A DNA stretch of 64,000 bases. It comes from an uncultured bacterium (GTDB lineage: Bacteria; SAR324; NAC60-12). The DNA lies in assembly GCA_965662235.1 (NCBI GenBank), contig CBFIGY010000017.1, forward strand, positions 1-64,000, given 5' to 3'. Within the stretch, counting starts at the first letter, position 1. Each line of letters opens with the position of its first letter. Under the pieces are notes generated by a model. It was given only the letters and a program-made list of their open reading frames with translations, searched no databases and was not told the origin of the DNA. Positions 50,799-61,155 of this stretch are shown one piece after another. The translations under genes and the position numbers were made by a program.

Positions 50799-51194
50799 AT
50801 GTCAATGACCGATCCGATTGCGGACCTGCTGACCCGTATCCGTAACGCGAACATGCGTCAGAAGCCGACCCTGAGTGTGCCGAGCTCCAAAATGAAGCGA
50901 GCGATTGTGCAGGTTCTCAAGGAAGAAGGCTTCATTCAAGACTTTACCGAGGAAGACGATCAACCGGTCAACCGGATTGAGATCACCCTGCGCTACCAGC
51001 AAGGGGTGCCTGTCATCCGCCAACTGATCCGCGTCAGCAAGCCGGGATTGCGACAGTACCTGAAGGCTGGAGACATCAAGCCTGTTGTGAATGGGCAGGG
51101 CATTTCCATTGTGTCCACATCCCAGGGCGTTCTGACGGACCGACAGTGTCGGGAACAACACATCGGAGGAGAAATCCTCTGCAAAGTTTGGTAA
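50799..51194 (+). CDS. rpsH: 30S ribosomal protein S8
   Basis: DPIADLLTRIRN, SKPGLR, STSQG, GGE. Confidence 0.98.
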   Translation: MSMTDPIADLLTRIRNANMRQKPTLSVPSSKMKRAIVQVLKEEGFIQDFTEEDDQPVNRIEITLRYQQGVPVIRQLIRVSKPGLRQYLKAGDIKPVVNGQGISIVSTSQGVLTDRQCREQHIGGEILCKVW

Positions 51195-51209
51195 GCAGAG
51201 TTCAAGATT

Positions 51210-51749
51210 ATGTCACGAATTGCGAAGCGCCCGATCCCTGTGGCTCCGGGTACAAAAGTTCAGTTTAACGACCGTAAACTGGTCCTGTCTGGCCCCAAGG
51301 GAGAGCAGTCCTTGGCCTTGCATCAAGACGTGAATCTGGACGTAAGCGACTCAGAGCTGCGGATCCAGCCGGTTCGTCCGGAAGGAAAGCCGTCTCCCAT
51401 GCTGGGAACGACGTATGCGCTGGTCAAGAACATGATGCATGGTGTGAGTCAGGGCTTCCAGAAGGAGCTGAACCTCGTCGGTGTCGGCTACCGTGCCGCC
51501 CTGAAGGGGTCTCTTCTGGAGCTGAGCCTGGGTTTCTCCCACCCCGTGTTCTATGAGCTACCAGAGGGCGTCAGCGCCAACATTACTGCCAACACCAAGA
51601 TCCTGCTGGAGAGCGCTGACAAGCAGCTGCTGGGGCAGGTCTCTGCAGAGATCCGCAAGTTCCGGCCGCCGGAGCCGTACAAAGGAAAAGGCATTCTGTT
51701 CACCGGCGAGGTCTTGCGGCGTAAAGCAGGCAAGAGTGGCAAAAAGTAA
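51210..51749 (+). CDS. rplF: 50S ribosomal protein L6
   Basis: GVGYRA, RPPEPYKGKG. Confidence 0.98.
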   Translation: MSRIAKRPIPVAPGTKVQFNDRKLVLSGPKGEQSLALHQDVNLDVSDSELRIQPVRPEGKPSPMLGTTYALVKNMMHGVSQGFQKELNLVGVGYRAALKGSLLELSLGFSHPVFYELPEGVSANITANTKILLESADKQLLGQVSAEIRKFRPPEPYKGKGILFTGEVLRRKAGKSGKK

Positions 51750-51769
51750 GAGCTAATTAAGGATAGAAG

Positions 51770-52126
51770 ATGTCCAAAGTCCGTAGTCGTACCGAAGTTC
51801 GCAAAATGCGTCACCGTCGGGTGCGCAAGAAGGTTTCGGGAACCGCCGTCCGCCCTCGACTGGTGGTGTTCCGCTCCAATCAGCATATCTATGCACAGGC
51901 CATTGACGACCTTCAGGGACACACCCTGGCTTCCGCCTCCAGCGTGGGGATGAAGCTGGAGCAAGGAGGCAATAAAGACGCTGCCCAACAAGTTGGGGGA
52001 GCAGTGGCCAAGCAGCTGATGGAACAGTCCATCAAGGAAGTAGTCTTTGACCGAGGAGGGTACCTCTATCACGGTCGAGTCCAAGCGGTGGCAGAAGGCG
52101 CGCGCGAACAAGGACTGGTGTTTTAA
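51770..52126 (+). CDS. rplR: 50S ribosomal protein L18
   Basis: [21 protein letters not shown]. Confidence 0.98.
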   Translation: MSKVRSRTEVRKMRHRRVRKKVSGTAVRPRLVVFRSNQHIYAQAIDDLQGHTLASASSVGMKLEQGGNKDAAQQVGGAVAKQLMEQSIKEVVFDRGGYLYHGRVQAVAEGAREQGLVF

Positions 52127-52146
52127 CCCAAGCTGAGGAACAGAAG

Positions 52147-52647
52147 GTGGCAGAGAAGCCAGGAGAAAAAAACGAACTGATCGAAAAAGTGATCAGGGTC
52201 AATCGAGTGGCCAAGGTGGTGAAAGGCGGCCGTCGCTTCAGCTTCAGCGCCCTCGTTGTTGTCGGTGATGGAAACGGCAAAGTGGGACTCGGTCTCGGAA
52301 AAGCCAACGAAGTGACAGAAGCCATCCGTAAAGCAGTGGTGGAAGGCACCCGGCGGATGCAATTCGTCCAGCTTGAAGAAGGCTCCATCCCTCACGAAAT
52401 CAATGGCCACGCCGGATCCGGACGGGTGCTCATGAAGCCAGCCTCCAAGGGACACGGCATCATTGCAGCGGGTCCAGTCCGTGCGGTCATGGAAGCGGTC
52501 GGAATTTCAGACATCAGCGTCAAGTGCCTGGGGTCGCGGAATCCACACAACTTGGTCCGCTCCACCCTCAAAGCCCTTTATGAACTGCGAAGCTTCGACC
52601 AAGTTGCCCGCTTGCGCGACAAAGAAGTAGCTTACCTGCGACACTGA
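52147..52647 (+). CDS. rpsE: 30S ribosomal protein S5
   Basis: [14 protein letters not shown]. Confidence 0.98.
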   Translation: MAEKPGEKNELIEKVIRVNRVAKVVKGGRRFSFSALVVVGDGNGKVGLGLGKANEVTEAIRKAVVEGTRRMQFVQLEEGSIPHEINGHAGSGRVLMKPASKGHGIIAAGPVRAVMEAVGISDISVKCLGSRNPHNLVRSTLKALYELRSFDQVARLRDKEVAYLRH

Positions 52648-52649
52648 CC

Positions 52650-52835
52650 ATGGCTAAGAAGATCCAAGTGACCCAGATCCGGAGCGGCATCGGGTCCACC
52701 AAGAAGCAACGCGAGTCCCTCAAAGGTTTGGGACTGCGCAAGATCAATCATACTGTTGAGTTGGAAGGCTCTCCTTCGATCCTCGGAATGGTCCGGAAGG
52801 TCTCCCACCTCGTCAAAGTTCAAATCGCGGAGTGA
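52650..52835 (+). CDS. rpmD: 50S ribosomal protein L30
   Basis: RSGIG, LGLRKI, GMVRKV. Confidence 0.96.
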   Translation: MAKKIQVTQIRSGIGSTKKQRESLKGLGLRKINHTVELEGSPSILGMVRKVSHLVKVQIAE

Positions 52836-53284
52836 CCATGTACCTGCACGAGCTGCCGGATACCGGAAATAAGAAGCGAAAGCGCATCGGACGGGGTCCA
52901 GGAAGCGGTTTCGGAAAGACCTCAGGCAAGGGGCACAAAGGCGCCAAAGCGCGTTCCGGAGCCAAGACCAAGCGTGGGTTCGAGGGCGGACAGACCCCCA
53001 TCAATCGACGTCTTCCCAAGTTCGGGTTCACCAGCCGGAATAAGGTCAGCTACCAACTGGTCAACCTGAAGCGCCTTGAGAGCGACCAGCGCATTGCGGC
53101 TGACGCAACCCTCACAAAAGAGGAGCTGCGTGGCTTTGGACTGATCCGGAGCCTGAAGCAACCGGTAAAGCTGCTGGGAGACGGCCAACTGACGAAAAAA
53201 CTCCACATCACCGTTGACGCGGCAAGCCAGTCTGCCATTGAAGCCGTCAAGGGGTTGGGTGGAGACGTAGTCATCGGAGGCTGA
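52832..53284 (+). CDS. rplO: 50S ribosomal protein L15
   Basis: GRGPGSG, FEGGQTP, RLPKFGF. Confidence 0.98.
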   Translation: MTMYLHELPDTGNKKRKRIGRGPGSGFGKTSGKGHKGAKARSGAKTKRGFEGGQTPINRRLPKFGFTSRNKVSYQLVNLKRLESDQRIAADATLTKEELRGFGLIRSLKQPVKLLGDGQLTKKLHITVDAASQSAIEAVKGLGGDVVIGG

Positions 53285-53290
53285 TCCTTC

Positions 53291-54622
53291 ATGTGGACGA
53301 CCATTCAGAACATCTTCCGAATTGAAGAGTTAAGGGCTCGGATCATCTTCACGATCGCGATGCTATTCGTGTTCCGGATTGGTGCCCACATCCCGACCCC
53401 CGGCATTGACGGGGCTGCGCTGACAGACTTCTTTCAGCAGCAGCAAGGGTCCATCCTCCGATTCTTCGACATGTTCACCGGAGGAGCACTGGCGCGTTTG
53501 ACCGTCTTTGCCCTCGGGGTGATGCCTTACATCAGCGCCTCCATCATCATCCAACTCCTGACAGTCGTTTTCCCCTACCTGGAGCGACTCTCAAAAGAAG
53601 GAGACATGGGCCGTAAGAAGATCACGGCCTACACCCGCTACGGAACCATTGTCCTCAGCATTGTCCAAGGCTTCGCGATTGCGGTAGGTTTGGAAAGCAT
53701 GGCAGCTCCGGACGGTTCTCCTGTTGTGATCTCAACGATGTCTCCTTGGGCCTTCCGTGCCCTGACGGTCATCACCCTTACTGCAGGAACCGCGTTCCTG
53801 ATGTGGGTGGGGGAGCAGATCAACGAACGAGGCATTGGTAACGGAATTTCGCTGCTCATCTTTGCTGGAATCGTCGTGGACATTCCGGGAGCGGTGATCA
53901 ACTCGGCTCAGCTGGTGCAAACCGGGGAACTGCCGATCCTGATCCTGCTGATTGTCGGCATCCTGATGGTGGGAGTGATCTTCGCCGTTATTTTCACCGA
54001 GACCGCATACCGACGGATTCCGGTTCAGTACGCCAAGCGGCTGCAGGGAAATCGGATGTATGGTGGGCAGAGCTCGCACCTGCCGCTGAAAATCAACTCG
54101 GCTGGGGTGATTCCCCCCATTTTTGCCTCGTCAATTCTGGCATTTCCTGCCACCATTACCGGTTTCTTCACGATTCCCTGGGTCAAGTGGGTCAGTGACC
54201 AATTGATGCCCGGCCGTTTCTTGTACTCGGTAGTGTTCGTGATGCTGATCTTCTTCTTCTGCTTCTTCTACACGGCGATTCAGTTCAACCCGGTGAAGAT
54301 TGCAGAGGAGATGAAGCGGCACGGTGGGTACATCCCCGGCATTCGACCTGGAAAGAAAACAGCAGAGTACCTCAATCAGGTGCTGACCCGACTGACGACG
54401 GGAGGAGCCTTTTACCTCTCAGTCATCTGTATCCTCCCCAGCATCCTGTTTGTGGTCTTCAACGTCCCATTCAGCTTTGGAGGAACGGCCTTGCTGATTG
54501 TGGTCGGTGTGGGACTGGATCTGGTCAACCAGATTGAAGCCTTCTTGCTGAACCAGAACTATGACGGCTTTTTGAAGAAATCACGAAGGCGTCCCTTAAA
54601 AACCGGCTCCCTCCGGTTATGA
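53291..54622 (+). CDS. secY: Preprotein translocase SecY
   Basis: LGVMPYISASII, GIGNGISL, IPGIRPG, GGTALLI. Confidence 0.99.
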   Translation: MWTTIQNIFRIEELRARIIFTIAMLFVFRIGAHIPTPGIDGAALTDFFQQQQGSILRFFDMFTGGALARLTVFALGVMPYISASIIIQLLTVVFPYLERLSKEGDMGRKKITAYTRYGTIVLSIVQGFAIAVGLESMAAPDGSPVVISTMSPWAFRALTVITLTAGTAFLMWVGEQINERGIGNGISLLIFAGIVVDIPGAVINSAQLVQTGELPILILLIVGILMVGVIFAVIFTETAYRRIPVQYAKRLQGNRMYGGQSSHLPLKINSAGVIPPIFASSILAFPATITGFFTIPWVKWVSDQLMPGRFLYSVVFVMLIFFFCFFYTAIQFNPVKIAEEMKRHGGYIPGIRPGKKTAEYLNQVLTRLTTGGAFYLSVICILPSILFVVFNVPFSFGGTALLIVVGVGLDLVNQIEAFLLNQNYDGFLKKSRRRPLKTGSLRL

Positions 54623-54645
54623 ACTCATACAGTTGAGAACTTCCC

Positions 54646-54759
54646 ATGAAAGTGCGTTCCTCAGTCAAGCGAATGTGCGAAAAATGCCGGATCATTCGCA
54701 GGCACGGAGTTTTGCGTGTGATCTGCGAAAATCCCAAGCATAAGCAGCGTCAAGGATAA
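54646..54759 (+). CDS. rpmJ: 50S ribosomal protein L36, Zn-binding (below the ORF-track length cutoff)
   Basis: Translates to [37 protein letters not shown]. Confidence 0.98.
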   Translation: MKVRSSVKRMCEKCRIIRRHGVLRVICENPKHKQRQG

Positions 54760-54761
54760 GA

Positions 54762-55130
54762 ATGGCCCGTATTGCAGGCGTAGACCTCCCCAACAAGAAG
54801 CGTGTTGAAGTGGCTCTGACCTATATTTATGGGATCGGAACCACGAGTGCGAAGCAGATTCTGGAAAAGACCGGGATCTCCGCTGATGTCCGTGCTCAAG
54901 ACCTAACCGACGAACAGATCAACCAGATCCGGATGGTCATTGAGTCGGATTACACCGTCGAAGGTGACCTGAGACGAGAAGTCAACCTGAGCATCAAGCG
55001 CTTGATGGATTTGGGGAACTACCGGGGGTTGAGACATCGCCGGGGCATGCCGGTCCGGGGACAGCGGACCAAAACGAATGCACGGACCCGAAAAGGGCCT
55101 CGTCGCATGGCCATCGCGAAAAAGAAGTAA
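54762..55130 (+). CDS. rpsM: 30S ribosomal protein S13
   Basis: [19 protein letters not shown]. Confidence 0.99.
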   Translation: MARIAGVDLPNKKRVEVALTYIYGIGTTSAKQILEKTGISADVRAQDLTDEQINQIRMVIESDYTVEGDLRREVNLSIKRLMDLGNYRGLRHRRGMPVRGQRTKTNARTRKGPRRMAIAKKK

Positions 55131-55152
55131 CCCGGTAACTGTGGAACATTAA

Positions 55153-55539
55153 ATGGCAGCAGCGCAAAAGAAGAAGAAAGAGAAAAAAGTTGTTGAGCAA
55201 GGCAAGATTCACATTCAAGCCACCTTCAACAACACCATCGTCACCGTTACGGATGTTCAGGGGAATGTGATCGCATGGTCCACCACAGGCGTCAACGGCT
55301 TCAAGGGGTCTCGAAAGAGCACCCCGTTTGCCGCCAAGCTGACGGCTGAAGATGCCATGCGCAAGGCCATCGACATGGGTGTCAAGAGTTTGGAGGTTTT
55401 CGTGAAAGGCCCTGGTTCAGGACGTGAATCGGCTCTGCGTGCAATCGCGAGCTTTGAAGGCGTCCGAATCACTTCCATCAGTGATGTCACTCCGGTGCCT
55501 CACAACGGTTGCCGCCCGCCTAAACAACGGCGTATCTGA
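55153..55539 (+). CDS. rpsK: 30S ribosomal protein S11
   Basis: [22 protein letters not shown]. Confidence 0.99.
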   Translation: MAAAQKKKKEKKVVEQGKIHIQATFNNTIVTVTDVQGNVIAWSTTGVNGFKGSRKSTPFAAKLTAEDAMRKAIDMGVKSLEVFVKGPGSGRESALRAIASFEGVRITSISDVTPVPHNGCRPPKQRRI

Positions 55540-55563
55540 TTACCCCAACGACAGAGGGATTCG

Positions 55564-56607
55564 ATGTCTGAAGAGACGAACGAACATCAAGAATCACCGG
55601 TCATTTCCAAGAACTGGACCGCCATCGCGAAGCCAAAGCGGGTGCGCTTTGAGCAGGATACCCTGACGCGAAACTATGGCAAATTCATTCTGGAACCACT
55701 GGAGCCGGGATTTGGTGTGACCATTGGTCATGCTCTGCGCCGCACCTTGCTTTCCTCCATTCGAGGGAGTGCCGTCTACGCAGTTCAAATTGAAGGCGCC
55801 CCCCACGAGTTCACCAACCTAACGGGAGTGGTGGAAGACGTGGTGCAGATCATCCTGAACGTCAAGGAACTGGAAATTGAGCAGTTCCAAGATGAAGAGA
55901 TTGAGATGGAGCTGATTGGCGAAGGCCCGTGTGTGCTCCGCGCCAAAGACATTTCCGCCTTTGAGAAGGCCAACATCCTCAATCCGGACCTCGTGATTGC
56001 GACGTTGGAAGAGAATGCGACCTTCAGCATGACCCTCTATGCCCGCTACAACAAGGGCTACGTGGTTTCGGAGGAGAACCAAGACGAAGACCTCCCTGTG
56101 GGCACCATCCTGCTGGACTCCAACCACTCTCCGGTGCGCCGTATCAACTACGAGGTGGAGAACGCCCGGGTGGATCAGCGGACCGACTACGATCGCCTGA
56201 TCTTTGAGATGTGGACCAACGGTTCCGTTCGTCCGGAAGACTGCTTGGGCTATGCGTCCAAGATCCTCAAGGAGCACATGGAAGTCCTCATCAATTTCGA
56301 TGAATACGGAATTGAGGAAGAAGAGGAAGAAGCAGAAGAGCCCGTGGTGCTCAACGAAAATCTGTACCGCAGCGTCAGCGAACTGGAACTTTCTGTTCGC
56401 TCCATCAACTGCCTGCAGAACGCCAAGATCGAAACCATTGGCGACCTTGTGCAAAAAACCGAAGCCGAGATGCTGAAGACCAAAAACTTCGGTCGCAAAT
56501 CGCTCAACGAGATCAAATCCATCCTCATGAACATGGGCCTGACCCTGGGCATGGAGCTGGAAGGGTTTGATCCCGCCAATAATCCCTACGAGAAAAAAGG
56601 CATCTAA
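55564..56607 (+). CDS. rpoA: RNA polymerase alpha subunit
   Basis: EPLEPGFGVTIGHALRR, LELSVRSINCL, KNFGRKSLNEI. Confidence 0.99.
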   Translation: MSEETNEHQESPVISKNWTAIAKPKRVRFEQDTLTRNYGKFILEPLEPGFGVTIGHALRRTLLSSIRGSAVYAVQIEGAPHEFTNLTGVVEDVVQIILNVKELEIEQFQDEEIEMELIGEGPCVLRAKDISAFEKANILNPDLVIATLEENATFSMTLYARYNKGYVVSEENQDEDLPVGTILLDSNHSPVRRINYEVENARVDQRTDYDRLIFEMWTNGSVRPEDCLGYASKILKEHMEVLINFDEYGIEEEEEEAEEPVVLNENLYRSVSELELSVRSINCLQNAKIETIGDLVQKTEAEMLKTKNFGRKSLNEIKSILMNMGLTLGMELEGFDPANNPYEKKGI

Positions 56608-56610
56608 GTC

Positions 56611-57171
56611 ATGCGACACCGCAAAGCTGGAAGAAGGCTGGGCGTCAGCACCGCTCACCGCCGCGCAATGATGCGTAACATGGTCACTTCAATCCTAGAG
56701 CACGGACAGATCACCTGTACCCTTGCCCGGGCTAAAGAAGTGCGGCAGCCTCTTGAAAAAATGATCACCCTTGGCAAGCGAGGCGACCTGCATTCTCGTC
56801 GGATGGCGCTGCGTTTTGTGAAAAGCAAAGAAGCCATGAGCCAACTCTTCGGTGAACTGGCGGAACGCTACCAAGAGCGTGAAGGGGGATACTCCCGGAT
56901 CATTCGCTTGGCTCCGCGACGCTTGGGAGATGCCTCAGAGATGGCGATTGTGCAGCTCATCGGCTCTGAAAATGATGTCCTCACGGACCTCAACAATGAG
57001 CTAAAGGCCAGCCGCTCCAAGACCAAGGCGCCGAAAAAAGAAAGCGTGCTCAAGGATGTCAGTGCTCAGCTGAAGGATCAGCCTGAAGCTGCTCCGGCAG
57101 CCGAGGCCGCAGCCGACGCTCCCGCGTCTGAGGCCAAGACCGAAGAGAAAGCAGACGCCAAGTCTGAGTAA
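56611..57171 (+). CDS. rplQ: 50S ribosomal protein L17 with Ala/Glu/Lys-rich C-terminal tail
   Basis: MRHRK, REGGYSRI. Confidence 0.97.
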   Translation: MRHRKAGRRLGVSTAHRRAMMRNMVTSILEHGQITCTLARAKEVRQPLEKMITLGKRGDLHSRRMALRFVKSKEAMSQLFGELAERYQEREGGYSRIIRLAPRRLGDASEMAIVQLIGSENDVLTDLNNELKASRSKTKAPKKESVLKDVSAQLKDQPEAAPAAEAAADAPASEAKTEEKADAKSE

Positions 57172-57179
57172 ACAGCCTA

Positions 57180-57205
57180 AGGCTCTGTCGTCCTTGACAG
57201 AGCCT
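57180..57205 (+). terminator. Hairpin at the end of the ribosomal operon (terminator or stabiliser)
   Basis: AGGCTCTGTC-GTCCTT-GACAGAGCCT perfect 10-bp stem; no U-tract. Confidence 0.5.
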
Positions 57206-57225
57206 CCTCCTTCCCTCTCCCATCC

Positions 57226-58584
57226 ATGACCCAACTCTCCGGAAAACGGGTTTACCTCGAGACGCTCGGTTGCTCCAAGAATCGGGTGGACACCGAAATC
57301 ATGCTCTCGCACTTGCTGCAAAATGGGCACTCCTTAACGGAGGATCCCACAAATGCAGAAGTGATCGTGGTCAATACCTGTGGTTTTTTGACGTCTGCAA
57401 GCGAAGAGTCCGTCAACCGCATCCTAGAACTCAGTGATCAGAAAACAGAAGGTCACTGCGAGAAGCTAGTGGCCACGGGCTGCCTGACGCAGCGTTACCA
57501 AGAAGAGATGGCTGCTGAGATTCCGGAGTTGGACGGACTGATGGGTTCTCAGGGGTTTGAGCGCATTCCGGAGCTCATTCAGGCGATGTATGAGCATCCG
57601 GAAGAACCCCAGCTCTTTCTGACCAAGAAGCCTCACTACGCACGATACGAAGAGCAGGAAGCCATTCAGACCACTCCCCGGCACTTTGCTTACGTCAAGA
57701 TTGCCGAAGGGTGCTCCAACATGTGCTCGTTCTGCAACATCCCTGCGCTGCGAGGCAACTTCAGCAGCCGAAAGGTCGAGTCGGTTGTCCGGGAAATCCG
57801 CGGTCTGGTGAAAAAAGGGGTGAAGGAGATCAACTTGATTTCGCAGGATACCTCTTCTTACGGACGAGACTGGGACAAGCAGCCCCACCTTGCTGAATTG
57901 CTCCGAGGCATCAGTTCTGTGGAAGGTGATTTCTGGGTTCGGATGTTCTACTGCTATCCCAACACCCTCACTGAGGAAGTGCTGGAGGTGATGGCGGCAG
58001 ACCCGCGTTTCTGCCGTTACCTCGACATGCCCTTCCAGCACATCAGCGACGCAGTGCTCAAGGACATGAACCGGAAGATCACCCGCCGGGAAATTGAAGA
58101 CAAGATGGCTGAGATCCGGCGTTGGCTTCCAGAGGTGGCGTGGCGAACAACCTTCATTGTTGGGTTTCCCACAGAAACAGAGGAGCACTTTGAAGAGTTG
58201 CTGGGATTTGTGGAGCAGGCCCGCTTTCACCATGTGGGGGTATTTCCCTACTCGCATGAGGACAACATCCGCTCCTCAAAGTGGGGCGATCCGGTGCCCA
58301 ACAGGGTCAAGCATGAGCGTCGCAAGCAACTGATGGCGCTGCAGCAACGCATCAGCCAGGAAAACCTGGAGCAGTATGTGGGGCAGACGATTCGGGTGCT
58401 GGTGGATGGATACAGCGAGGAGACGGATCTGTTGCTTCAGGGACGGGCCGCGTTTCAGGGGCCAGAGGTCGATGGGCTCGTGTACATCAACGACGGCATT
58501 GCCCGACCCGGCACCTTCCATGATGTCGAAATTACGGAAGCTCACCCCTATGATCTGGTGGGCGCCATTCCTGAGACTGCTTAA
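57226..58584 (+). CDS. rimO: Ribosomal protein S12 methylthiotransferase
   Basis: LGCSKN, NTCGF, radical SAM motif CSNMCSFC, PEVDG, TRAM domain. Confidence 0.93.
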   Translation: MTQLSGKRVYLETLGCSKNRVDTEIMLSHLLQNGHSLTEDPTNAEVIVVNTCGFLTSASEESVNRILELSDQKTEGHCEKLVATGCLTQRYQEEMAAEIPELDGLMGSQGFERIPELIQAMYEHPEEPQLFLTKKPHYARYEEQEAIQTTPRHFAYVKIAEGCSNMCSFCNIPALRGNFSSRKVESVVREIRGLVKKGVKEINLISQDTSSYGRDWDKQPHLAELLRGISSVEGDFWVRMFYCYPNTLTEEVLEVMAADPRFCRYLDMPFQHISDAVLKDMNRKITRREIEDKMAEIRRWLPEVAWRTTFIVGFPTETEEHFEELLGFVEQARFHHVGVFPYSHEDNIRSSKWGDPVPNRVKHERRKQLMALQQRISQENLEQYVGQTIRVLVDGYSEETDLLLQGRAAFQGPEVDGLVYINDGIARPGTFHDVEITEAHPYDLVGAIPETA

Positions 58585-58594
58585 GAGAGGTTAG

Positions 58595-59347
58595 ATGGCA
58601 GGCCATAGTAAGTGGAAGAACATTCAGCACCGTAAATCGGCACAGGATGCCAAGCGCGGGAAAATCTTCACCAAACTCATCAAGGAAATCACCGTTGCCG
58701 CCCGGATGGGAGGAGGAGATCCCACGGCCAATCCGCGTCTCCGTGCTGCCATTGCCAACGCCAAGGGGCAGGGCATGCCGAAGGACAACGTGGAGCGCGC
58801 CATCAAGAAAGGGACGGGCGAGTCCGGAGGCGCTGACTTTGAGGAGATCACTTATGAAGGCTACGGCCCTCACAATGTTGCTGTCATTGTGGAAGTGCTG
58901 ACCGACAACCGGAACCGGACCATTTCCAGCGTCCGGCACGCCTTCACCAAGTGCGGAGGCAACCTAGGCTCCACCAACTCCGTTCAGTACATGTTTGACC
59001 ACGTCGGCAGCCTGACCCTCAAGCGAGACGGCATGGATGAAGACACGATCACTGAGCTGGCGCTTGAAGCCGGTGCTTCAGATGTGGTGACCGATCAAGA
59101 GGAAGAGTATCAGGTGCTGACTGCTCGGGAGGACTTTGAGGTTGTCCGGAGTTACTTTGAGGAAAAGGAAGTTCCTGTCATCGAAACGGGGTTGGTCTGG
59201 AATCCACAGAACCGGGTGATGCTGGAAGACGTCAAGAAGGCCGAGCAGGTGCTCAAGCTCATTGACATGCTGGAAGACGATGATGACGTCCAGAACGTGT
59301 ACGCCAACTTTGACCTAAGTGAGGCCGTTGCCGAGCAACTTGGCTGA
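58595..59347 (+). CDS. yebC: YebC/PmpR-family protein
   Basis: MAGHSKW, YEGYGP, TDNRNRT, DDVQNVY. Confidence 0.95.
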   Translation: MAGHSKWKNIQHRKSAQDAKRGKIFTKLIKEITVAARMGGGDPTANPRLRAAIANAKGQGMPKDNVERAIKKGTGESGGADFEEITYEGYGPHNVAVIVEVLTDNRNRTISSVRHAFTKCGGNLGSTNSVQYMFDHVGSLTLKRDGMDEDTITELALEAGASDVVTDQEEEYQVLTAREDFEVVRSYFEEKEVPVIETGLVWNPQNRVMLEDVKKAEQVLKLIDMLEDDDDVQNVYANFDLSEAVAEQLG

Positions 59348-59840
59348 CGCTCCCCTCCGCATCCTGGGCATTGACCCCGGGAGCCGCAAAACCGGCTTTG
59401 GTCTCATTGAGTGGCACCGAAGCCGGAGTCGCCGCGTGGCTAGCGGCTGCATTCGCCTTCCCGAAAAAATGGAGCTTCCGCAGCGGCTGCTGACCATCAC
59501 GGCTGAGCTGGAACAGGTGGTGCAGGAGCACCGTCCGGACTGTGCTGTGATTGAGCAGATGTTTGTCTCGAACCATGCTCGAGCCGGTGTGGTGCTGGGG
59601 CACGTCCGTGGCGCGCTCATCCTTTCACTGGCGCGGCTAGAGCTGGAACTGTTCGAGTACCCTCCGTCACTGGTGAAGCAAACCGTTGTTGGCACCGGAC
59701 GAGCCGACAAGCAGCAGGTGTCTCACATGGTCAAGGTCCTGCTGAACCTGACCGGGCTTCCGCAAGAAGATGAAGGCGATGCGCTCGCAGTGGCAATCAC
59801 CCACGCGCACCTAAGAAACTCTCCCCTCAAAGCGTCGTAG
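59340..59840 (+). CDS. ruvC: Holliday junction resolvase RuvC
   Basis: ILGIDPG, VKQTVVGTGRADKQQV, DEGDALAVA; TTG start inferred. Confidence 0.95.
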   Translation: MADAPLRILGIDPGSRKTGFGLIEWHRSRSRRVASGCIRLPEKMELPQRLLTITAELEQVVQEHRPDCAVIEQMFVSNHARAGVVLGHVRGALILSLARLELELFEYPPSLVKQTVVGTGRADKQQVSHMVKVLLNLTGLPQEDEGDALAVAITHAHLRNSPLKAS

Positions 59841-61155
59841 CAGACGGCGAATGCTCCTGAAGCACCTCCCGGAGCCACGTCACCCCCTCCAGTGAAAACG
59901 TCAGCTGATGCTCCTTGCGACTGAGAAAGGGACTGATGTGAAGTGTCTTGTGGTAAATCACCCCTTCCACTGAAAGCGCAAGGTGGCAGAGCCCATTTTT
60001 GCGACTCCGACGTTCAGGAGAAGAGGGGCCTGCCATTCCGGTCTCAGCGAGAGCCCAGTCAGCCTGCGTGCTCTGCTGCAGCGCGAGCACGAGGTCCTGC
60101 GCCATCTTGGGTGTCACACTGGATTCCCCACGGGTGGAGCGTCCGAGCAGGCGTTCCTTCTCCTCATGGGAATAGGCCACGTTGCTGCCTAGGAAGTGCA
60201 GGGAAACACCAGTGACTGTGGTGAGGGCCGAGGCAATCCGTCCTCCGGTGCTGGTTTCCACCAAAGCGAGGAGGTGAGACTTTCCCTGGGCTGCTCGCTC
60301 ATCAAGAAGGCGTTTGACCTCTTCCGCCCGCCGTTCCAGCTGTTCTTCCAGCTGGCGACAGTGCATTTCCCACTCATTGAGAAACAGGTCTGTGCCCTCG
60401 CGTCGGTAAAACTGACGTTCAGAAATGAGCCGACCCGCCGAGTCTGGGAGGAAGCGAGAGAGGGTGTGACCCGCCTGTACAGCACGTCGGATGAGCGTGG
60501 AGGAGAGCCCTAGGAGCGGGTGCAGTGGATCTGGAATGAGCTGCAGGTTCAGCAATTCAGAAGGAATCACCACCCCACGTTGCCGCTTGAGGGCTTCCAG
60601 GGCCTCCGGAAGGTCGGTTTCCCCACGTGGGACTGCCAGGATCTGGGCGTTGGTGGCCAGCGTGTGCAGGTCCTCATCGGAAAAAATGTCCGGATTGGCC
60701 ATGCGTTCCACCAGATCTGCCCCAACGAGGAGCAGCACCGGTTCCGGATGGATCTGCTCCGCCCGGATTTCCAACACATGCTCCGCCAGTCGGAAGGGAC
60801 GCTGGTGGGAAAACTCAATGGTGGAGACGCGGGCTTTTTGTGCCGAAAGCCGGGGAACGTCGCCTTGGCGAGACAGCAAACGAGCGGGGTAGCTGGTGGT
60901 CGGTTGGCCCCAGTCCTGAAGCGATTGTTCCAGAATCTGCAGGCGCAGCTGCTTCTCGAGAATCCGTTGCCGCTTGGTCGGGTCGGGATGCTGGCCGTTG
61001 GAGAGGAGGAAGACGACCTGTTCCAAGCTGTCAAACTGCCGGAGCGCACACTCCGCCAGCAAGAGGTGATGGAAGCCAACGGGGTTGCCCGTCAGAGGCA
61101 GGTAGATGGTGCGGGGCGCATCTAGAACCATCTGAAACTCTCGGAGTGCAGACAA
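59827..61155 (-). CDS. Fusion of a NadD-like nucleotidyltransferase and a CinA-C/PncC (NMN deamidase) domain
   Basis: N-terminal GNPVGFHHL, LLVGAD, LSSTLIR; C-terminal ETSTGG, AYSHEEK, ETGMAGP. Confidence 0.8.
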   Translation of the reverse strand: MSALREFQMVLDAPRTIYLPLTGNPVGFHHLLLAECALRQFDSLEQVVFLLSNGQHPDPTKRQRILEKQLRLQILEQSLQDWGQPTTSYPARLLSRQGDVPRLSAQKARVSTIEFSHQRPFRLAEHVLEIRAEQIHPEPVLLLVGADLVERMANPDIFSDEDLHTLATNAQILAVPRGETDLPEALEALKRQRGVVIPSELLNLQLIPDPLHPLLGLSSTLIRRAVQAGHTLSRFLPDSAGRLISERQFYRREGTDLFLNEWEMHCRQLEEQLERRAEEVKRLLDERAAQGKSHLLALVETSTGGRIASALTTVTGVSLHFLGSNVAYSHEEKERLLGRSTRGESSVTPKMAQDLVLALQQSTQADWALAETGMAGPSSPERRSRKNGLCHLALSVEGVIYHKTLHISPFLSRKEHQLTFSLEGVTWLREVLQEHSPSATTL

